Below, one piece after another: positions 57,901 through 64,000 of a stretch of 64,000 nucleotides of DNA. Within the stretch, counting starts at the first letter, position 1. Each line of letters begins with the position of its first letter. Source of the stretch: Ranitomeya imitator. Lineage: Eukaryota. Below the pieces are notes generated by a model that searched no databases, had not been told where the DNA came from, and saw only the letters and a program-made list of their open reading frames with translations. The position numbers were made by a program, and so were the translations under genes. The stretch lies in assembly GCF_032444005.1 (NCBI RefSeq), contig NC_091288.1, positions 210,614,001 to 210,678,000 of the forward strand, read 5' to 3'.

Positions 57901-60190
57901 GCAACCCCCACGGCACGCAGGAGAAGGGCGCCCCACGGCTGTCAGTAATGGGGTCACTCACCTCAGTAAGGCCTTTTATCTTCAAGTATCCACACAGATA
58001 AGCGTTCTCCATGTCCACGTGCTGCGGAGCAGAAAAAGGGTTAATAGCACCCGGGCCCCTATGACAACACATCCTGTCCACTGGGGCGCTGCACCCCAGT
58101 CACCCACATCATGTCCCAGGATCTCTGCTTGCTGTAATGTATCGTCTACACTGGATACAACTGTAACGACCCCACAGCTGTGAACATGTATAATTCCACA
58201 CTCTGAAAACGACTGCTAAACCAGTGATTGGCTGCAGCGGTCAGATGATTGATAGACAGGGCATCATCACAGCGGCACCAATAGATTTAAAGGATAAGAG
58301 ATGTTTATAGGGAAATCCAGACATTCCCGCGGATTGTGACGTTCCCGAGTGGCTTCGATTCATAGAAATCTTGAAAATGATGAAGAACCGAAAGAAGGAA
58401 TGTGTTAGAAAGCCGAAAAAAAAAAAAAAAACCCAACAACTTGCTGCCTTCAGCAGAACATTCACTCCTGAACTTCTGTTACAATGTATCAGTCACATGT
58501 GCGGATTGTGCAGGACTCCGCGGTGACGGATCGTCGGCTCCGGAGTCCTGTGGATCATCACTATGCAGCAGAGGATAGGTGCGAGGACAGCGGGGGGCTA
58601 CACAGGGAGAACAGCAGCCATGGAACGGCACAGAGGAGGCTTCTCGCCCTACAGGGGGCAGTATACACGTGTGATGGAGGCTGTCAGGTAACGCTATCAG
58701 CCTGCCCAGAGGATTGCCAAGGATCAGAGGGGTCCGGCAGCTGCTCATCTCCGAGATCGCTGCAGCCCAGGCACAGGGGGCTGCGAGCACCTGGATAATG
58801 GTGGTGATGGCAGCTGAAGACCCCCTGCCCCTGGCCCCAATAACGCTTTAAGGCAACAACAAGGGGGCAATCTGTGCAGTCTCCAAGGAAAGTGAGGGGT
58901 GCAAGATAAGAAGGGAGGGGGGCCACAACACCAGGGGGCAAAATATTGAGTAGGGGAACAGGAGCAGAAAAAGGAAGAACACCCGAGCCCCTCCACCATC
59001 TGGACGAGCACCCAGGCCCCCCCACCCGAAGAAGCACCGGGCCCCTCGCCCGGAGAACACCCTCGCCCGGAGAAGCACCGGGCCCCCCCCCCCACCCTCG
59101 CCCGGAGAAGCACCGGGCCCCCCCCCCCACCCTCGCCCGGAGAAGCACCGGGCCCCCCCCCCCACCCTCGCCCGGAGAAGCACCGGGCCCCCCCCCCCAC
59201 CCTCGCCCGGAGAAGCACCGGGCCCCCCCCCCCCACCCTCGCCCGGAGAAGCACCGGGCCCCCCCCCCCACCCTCGCCCGGAGAAGCACCGGGCCCCACC
59301 ACCCTCGCCCGGAGAACACCCTTGCACGGAGAAGCACCGGGCCCCACCACCCTCGCCCGGAGAAGCACCGGGCCCCACCACCCTCGCCCGGAGAAGCACC
59401 GGGCCCCACCACCCTCGCCCGGAGAGGCACCGGGCCCCCCCCACCCTCGCCCGGAGAGGCACCGGGCCCCCCCCACCCTCGCCCGGAGAGGCACCGGGCC
59501 CCCCCCCCCACCCTCGCCTGGAGAGGCACCGGGGACCCCACACGCTCGCCTGGAGAGGCACAGGGCCCCCCCCCTCACCTGGAGAAGCACCGGGCCCCCC
59601 ACCACCCTCGCCTGGAGAGGCACCGGGGACCCCCCACCCTCGCCTGGAGAAGCACCGGGCCCCCCCACCACCCTCGCACGGAGAAGCACCGGGGACCCCC
59701 CACCCTCGCCTGGAGAAGCACCGGGGACCCCCCACCCTCGCCCGGAGAACACCCTCGCCTGGAGAAGCACCGGGGACCTCCCCCCTCGCCTGGAGAGGCA
59801 CCGGGGACCCCCCACCCTCGCCTGGAGAGGCACCGGGGACCCCCCACCCTCGCCTGGAGAAGCACCGGGCCCCCCACCACCCTCGCACGGAGAAGCACCG
59901 GGGACCCCCCACCCTCGCCTGGAGAAGCACCGGGCCCCCCACCTGGACGAGCACCGGGCCCCCACGCCGCACAGCCGGTGTCTCGCCCCTCCGTGCAGGC
60001 AGCCCCCGCTCACCTGCAGCACCACCTCCACATCGTACGAGTTGCCTTTGCTCTTCTGGTGCCCCCGGAACTTGGAGCCGCTGTACAGCAGGGTGGTGGC
60101 CACCCCGGGCTGCTGCGTGTTGATGGGAGGTGGCGGGATGAGGGACGAGGAGCCGGAAGCCGTGCTGCTAGCCTCGGTTCGGACCGGCAT
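54898..60190 (-). CDS. GID4: GID complex subunit 4 (Pro/N-degron recognin of the CTLH E3), complete gene span, 6 exons, 642 nt = 213 aa
   Basis: MPVRTE...[59 protein letters not shown] match recalled vertebrate GID4. Confidence 0.96.
55185..55201 (-). promoter_or_regulatory. Candidate CTCF site in GID4 intron 5
   Basis: Minus strand GCACCACCAGAGGGCGC matches CTCF core. Confidence 0.6.
55279..55409 (-). CDS. GID4: GID4 exon 5 ([23 protein letters not shown]...HRSSEW)
   Basis: 131 nt, cag/gtgagc. Confidence 0.95.
55455..56850. repeat. Minisatellite with variable poly-G run per unit (ataatctgcgcccatctcgttatagacga-Gn-ttgtcc), GID4 intron 4
   Basis: Direct reading. Confidence 0.93.
56895..56996 (-). 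CDS. GID4: GID4 exon 4 ([13 protein letters not shown]...YVFMRWK)
   Basis: 102 nt, cag/gtgcgt. Confidence 0.95.
57083..57190 (-). CDS. GID4: GID4 exon 3 ([14 protein letters not shown]...DVDRKHW)
   Basis: 108 nt, cag/gtgagc. Confidence 0.95.
57962..58021 (-). CDS. GID4: GID4 exon 2 ([20 protein letters not shown])
   Basis: 60 nt, cag/gtgagt. Confidence 0.95.
58985..59965. repeat. GC-rich minisatellite, about 30-33-bp unit (ccctcgcccggagaagcaccgggccccccca), GID4 intron 1
   Basis: Direct reading. Confidence 0.93.
60014..60190 (-). CDS. GID4: GID4 exon 1 coding part
   Basis: ATG 60190, 177 nt, gtgagc donor. Confidence 0.92.
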
Positions 60191-60544
60191 ATCCAGGGCC
60201 GGCCCCCCTGCCGATGGGCACAGCTCGTCCCGCAGGGCTCGGCCGTTTCTCCGCTCCCGGCCTGAGCGCCTGGGCCTCTTCACCACCGAGCGCGGCGATT
60301 GGCCGACAGACGCTCCACCCACACTCTCACCTGCGATACGATTGGTCGAAGTGCCAAGCGTTGAATGACGGGAGATGTAGTTCTCGTGTCCAGGAGCGGA
60401 GGCTGTGATTGGTTGGAAGAGGGATGTGACGTAGGAGGAGAGATACCAGGGTCACCAGCAAGATGGCTGCGCCCAGAGGAGGAGGCGCCGGGAGGATCAG
60501 CATGGCGCCGCTCACCTGCTCCGGGCGGTGTGTACTGTGAGCAG
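60191..60544. promoter_or_regulatory. GID4/ATPAF2 bidirectional CpG-rich promoter
   Basis: Divergent starts 60190(-) and 60995(+); ATTGG/CCAAT at 60297, 60341, 60408; TGACGT 60427; CAAGATGGC 60459; probable ATPAF2 non-coding exon donor GCAG|gtacat at 60544. Confidence 0.7.
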
Positions 60545-60994
60545 GTACATTGGCAGCAGTGGGTGGCCCTAAGAGTCGCCCTGTCCTCCCTTTTTATAAC
60601 TGGGTGTCATCACAAATCTTGCACCTCTCACCTTCAGCCTCTGTTGCTGGCTGCTGAGTGAGTCACCTGAGCATCTCTCAGTGAGCTCCCTCTGTCCAAT
60701 GCAAGTTCCTTCCTCTCCTTTTTCTGATCTATAACTACAGACCTCATCAAAGTTGAATGTGATCTGTAAAAGCCAAATGGAGCAAAATTTGTCCTGAAAC
60801 CCAATTGCAAACTTGATTTTTAACCGCAGAAATAAATGCGTTTCAATAGATGTCTGCGCAGGTGGACATCCCCTTTAAATGTAAAATAGCCGCTTACTTT
60901 AAAGACTAGACAATTCTTGGTTTCTGTTCACACTCAGCATTTTGTCCTCTTTTATTTCAGTTTTCTAAACTAAGTGCAAACCCCCTCTGTCAGG

Positions 60995-61118
60995 ATGCTG
61001 CCGATCCTTCACCGTATGCTGTCCATGCGGCCTGCGGGTGTGAACGGAGGCCTGTGCCGCAAACTGCGCTCCCTGGACAGCGTCGTCACACAGAGGAGGT
61101 CCTATGCCCCCCCGACTG
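60995..61118 (+). CDS. ATPAF2: ATP synthase mitochondrial F1 assembly factor 2, first coding exon (mitochondrial presequence ending RRSY|APPT)
   Basis: ctgtcag|G-ATG acceptor, ACTG|gtgagt donor; RSYAPPT matches recalled human RAYAPPT; Arg-rich presequence with R-3 cleavage motif; head-to-head with GID4 as in human. Confidence 0.88.
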
Positions 61119-61437
61119 GTGAGTGCCGAGATGTGACCCCCATAGATGAGCGGGTGCTTCTTATATAGGAAACACCTCTTATTATAAATTCTCTCCATTC
61201 TCAAGAATCACTTTCATTTGTTTATTGCTTGTTGCCAAGGTTACCAACCACCTCCCCATATTCCAGTGTATTTAACGGTACAATAAATGGCGTCATTCAA
61301 ATCGATAACTCGCCCCTCAAAAAACAAAACCTCATATGGATATGAGACTGGAAGAGTAAAAAAAAGTTCCAGCTCTTCTAAAATGGGGAAGAAAAAAATA
61401 AAAGCGCAAAAATGAAAAATCACCTAGTCTGGATTAA

Positions 61438-61566
61438 AGGGGTTGTGCAAGACACGCCTGGTAATGGAGCTCAGCTGCAATACCACATACAACCTGTGAA
61501 CAGGGGTGGTGCTGTTTATCTAAACATTTTATATGTGACGTACGAGTCTGATCCTGGACAATCCCT
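61438..61566. mobile_element. Degenerate Kolobok/T2-type MITE
   Basis: TTAA-AGGGGTTGT ... ACAATCCCT-GTAA. Confidence 0.5.
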
Positions 61567-61644
61567 GTAATAAAATCACTTATGTTTATGTGAATTATAA
61601 CTTGTATCCGATCTAGTTTCTGTTTTGTTTTTTTGTTGCTCTAG

Positions 61645-61689
61645 AAAGAAAGAAGTTTTATAAGAGTGTCAGCATCTCCCAAGGTGAAG
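61645..61689 (+). CDS. ATPAF2: ATPAF2 second coding exon (ERKKFYKSVSISQGEG); gene continues beyond window
   Basis: 45 nt, tag/gtgagc, phase 1; matches recalled human ERKRFYQNVSITQGEG. Confidence 0.92.
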
Positions 61690-61850
61690 GTGAGCAGCTC
61701 GCACTTATATTCTGCCTCCAAGGATTGAGATATATATAGAAAGATCCACAGACAAGTGTTACATATAAGTCTACCTTGAGTCACCACAAAGGGGAGCTCA
61801 TTGCAGACTGGGTTTTTATTAGGTTCAAAACAAGATCAGTAAGCACTGAG

Positions 61851-63910
61851 CTCCCTCTAGTGGTGGCTGCCCCGCGCTCCCTCTAGTGGTGGCTGCACTG
61901 AGCTCCCTCTAGTGGTGGCTGCCCCGCGCTCCCTCTAGTGGTGGCTGCACTGCGCTCCCTCTAGTGGTGGCTGCCCCGCGCTCCCTCTAGTGGTGGCTGC
62001 CCCGCGCTCCCTCTAGTGGTGGCTGCACTGCGCTCCCTCTAGTGGTGGCTGCACTGCGCTCCCTCTAGTGGTGGCTGCCCCGCGCTCCCTCTAGTGGTGG
62101 CTGCACTGCGCTCCCTCTATTGGTGGCTGCACAGCGCTCCCTCTAGTGGTGGCTGCCCCGCGCTCCCTCTAGTGGTGGCTGCGCCGCGCTCCCTCTAGTG
62201 GTGGCTGCCCTGCGCTCCCTCTAGTGGTGGCTGCACAGCGCTCCCTCTAGTGGTGGCTGCCCCGCGCTCCCTCTAGTGGTGGCTGCCCCGCGCTCCCTCT
62301 AGTGGTGGCTGCCCCGCGCTCCCTCTAGTGGTGGCTGCGCCGCGCTCCCTCTAGTGGTGGCTGCCCCGCGCTCCCTCTAGTGGTGGCTGCCCCGCGCTCC
62401 CTCTAGTGGTGGCTGCCCCGCGCTCCCTCTAGTGGTGGCTGCCCCGCGCTCCTTCTAGTGGTGGCTGCCCCGCGCTCCCTCTAGTGGTGGCTGCCCCGCG
62501 CGCCCTCTAGTGGTGGCTGCCCCGCGCTCCCTCTAGTGGTGGCTGCGCCGCGCTCCCTCTAGTGGTGGCTGCGCCGCGCTCCCTCTAGTGGTGGCTGCGC
62601 CGCGCTCCCTCTAGTGGTGGCTGCGCCGCGCTCCCTCTAGTGGTGGCTGCGCCGCGCTCCCTCTAGTGGTGGCTGCGCCGCGCTCCCTCTAGTGGTGGCT
62701 GCGCCGCGCTCCCTCTAGTGGTGGCTGCGCCGCGCTCCCTCTAGTGGTGGCTGCGCCGCGCTCCCTCTAGTGGTGGCTGCCCCGCGCTCCCTCTAGTGGT
62801 GGCTGCGCCGCGCTCCCTCTAGTGGTGGCTGCCCCGCGCTCCCTCTAGTGGTGGCTGCCCCGCGCTCCCTCTAGTGGTGGCTGCCCCGCGCTCCCTCTAG
62901 TGGTGGCTGCCCCGCGCTCCCTCTAGTGGTGGCTGCCCCGCGCTCCCTCTAGTGGTGGCTGCCCCGCGCGCCCTCTAGTGGTGGCTGCCCCGCGCTCCCT
63001 CTAGTGGTGGCTGCGCCGCGCTCCCTCTAGTGGTGGCTGCGCCGCGCTCCCTCTAGTGGTGGCTGCGCCGCGCTCCCTCTAGTGGTGGCTGCGCCGCGCT
63101 CCCTCTAGTGGTGGCTGCGCCGCGCTCCCTCTAGTGGTGGCTGCGCCGCGCTCCCTCTAGTGGTGGCTGCGCCGCGCTCCCTCTAGTGGTGGCTGCCCCG
63201 CGCTCCCTCTAGTGGTGGCTGCGCCGCGCTCCCTCTAGTGGTGGCTGCCCCGCGCTCCCTCTAGTGGTGGCTGCGCCGCGCGCCCTCTAGTGGTGGCTGC
63301 CCCGCGCTCCCTCTAGTGGTGGCTGCGCCGCGCTCCCTCTAGTGGTGGCTGCGCCGCGCTCCCTCTAGTGGTGGCTGCGCCGCGCTCCCTCTAGTGGTGG
63401 CTGCGCCGCGCTCCCTCTAGTGGTGGCTGCGCCGCGCTCCCTCTAGTGGTGGCTGCGCCGCGCTCCCTCTAGTGGTGGCTGCGCCGCGCTCCCTCTAGTG
63501 GTGGCTGCGCCGCGCTCCCTCTAGTGGTGGCTGCGCCGCGCTCCCTCTAGTGGTGGCTGCGCCGCGCTCCCTCTAGTGGTGGCTGCGCCGCGCTCCCTCT
63601 AGTGGTGGCTGCGCCGCGCTCCCTCTAGTGGTGGCTGCGCCGCGCTCCCTCTAGTGGTGGCTGCGCCGCGCTCCCTCTAGTGGTGGCTGCCCCGCGCTCC
63701 CTCTAGTGGTGGCTGCGCCGCGCTCCCTCTAGTGGTGGCTGCCCCGCGCTCCCTCTAGTGGTGGCTGCGCCGCGCTCCCTCTAGTGGTGGCTGCGCCGCG
63801 CTCCCTCTAGTGGTGGCTGCCCCGCGCTCCCTCTAGTGGTGGCTGCGCCGCGCGCCCTCTAGTGGTGGCTGCCCCGCGCTCCCTCTAGTGGTGGCTGCGC
63901 CGCGCTCCCT
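61851..63910. repeat. 26-bp tandem array, 79 full units plus a partial (ctccctctagtggtggctgc[gc/cc]cgcg), in an ATPAF2 intron; each unit carries a CTCF-type motif on the minus strand
   Basis: Register checks: 62501, 62969, 63281 and 63853 are all 61851 + 26n. Confidence 0.97.
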
Positions 63911-64000
63911 GTATATACAGACCTCTGTATCTGAGAAGCAAAGTTTTGCCATCTAAAGGGATATTTATTTATTTATCTAGATGAGAATATACAGGTCCCA

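Noticed and set aside
58684-60368. Several 285-525-aa Gly/Pro/Arg ORFs on both strands
   Set aside because: Read-through of GID4 exon 1 into a GC-rich intronic minisatellite; only 60014-60190 is supported as coding.
61851-63910. CRISPR-like appearance (constant part plus variable linker)
   Set aside because: Linkers are 7 bp and drawn from about 5 related variants, not unique spacers; vertebrate context and no cas genes.
63981-64000. tttatctag acceptor-like site as ATPAF2 next exon
   Set aside because: Translation (DENIQVP) does not resemble the expected GGFEINLD continuation.

Overview
Vertebrate genomic DNA, almost certainly an anuran amphibian (inferred from MITE and minisatellite content). 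It has two assembly gaps (9567-10058, 20536-20672). The window carries the syntenic block known from human 17p11.2. On the minus strand are GID4 (6 coding exons, complete, 213 aa), DRG2 (13 coding exons, complete, 364 aa, with a U12-type intron) and the 5' part of MYO15A. The MYO15A part comprises a 5040-nt exon encoding a 1680-aa N-terminal extension plus 19 motor-domain exons, including a 6-nt micro-exon; the gene continues left of the window. On the plus strand, head-to-head with GID4, are the first two coding exons of ATPAF2. All exons were delimited by hand from splice signals, frame continuity and recalled human protein sequences. Introns are packed with minisatellites, which explain most long ORFs in the ORF track, and with MITEs (Harbinger, Kolobok/T2, piggyBac-like) and a solo LTR. 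Two signals stand out. (1) A 79-unit, indel-free 26-bp tandem array in ATPAF2 in which nearly every unit is a CTCF-type motif, all in one orientation. (2) A set of short insertions, three with 11-14-bp target-site duplications, headed by minimal Penelope-type hammerhead-ribozyme folds whose core 3-8 pair covaries (C-G, U-A, A-U). No database searches, folding or motif scans were run; functional claims are inferences.
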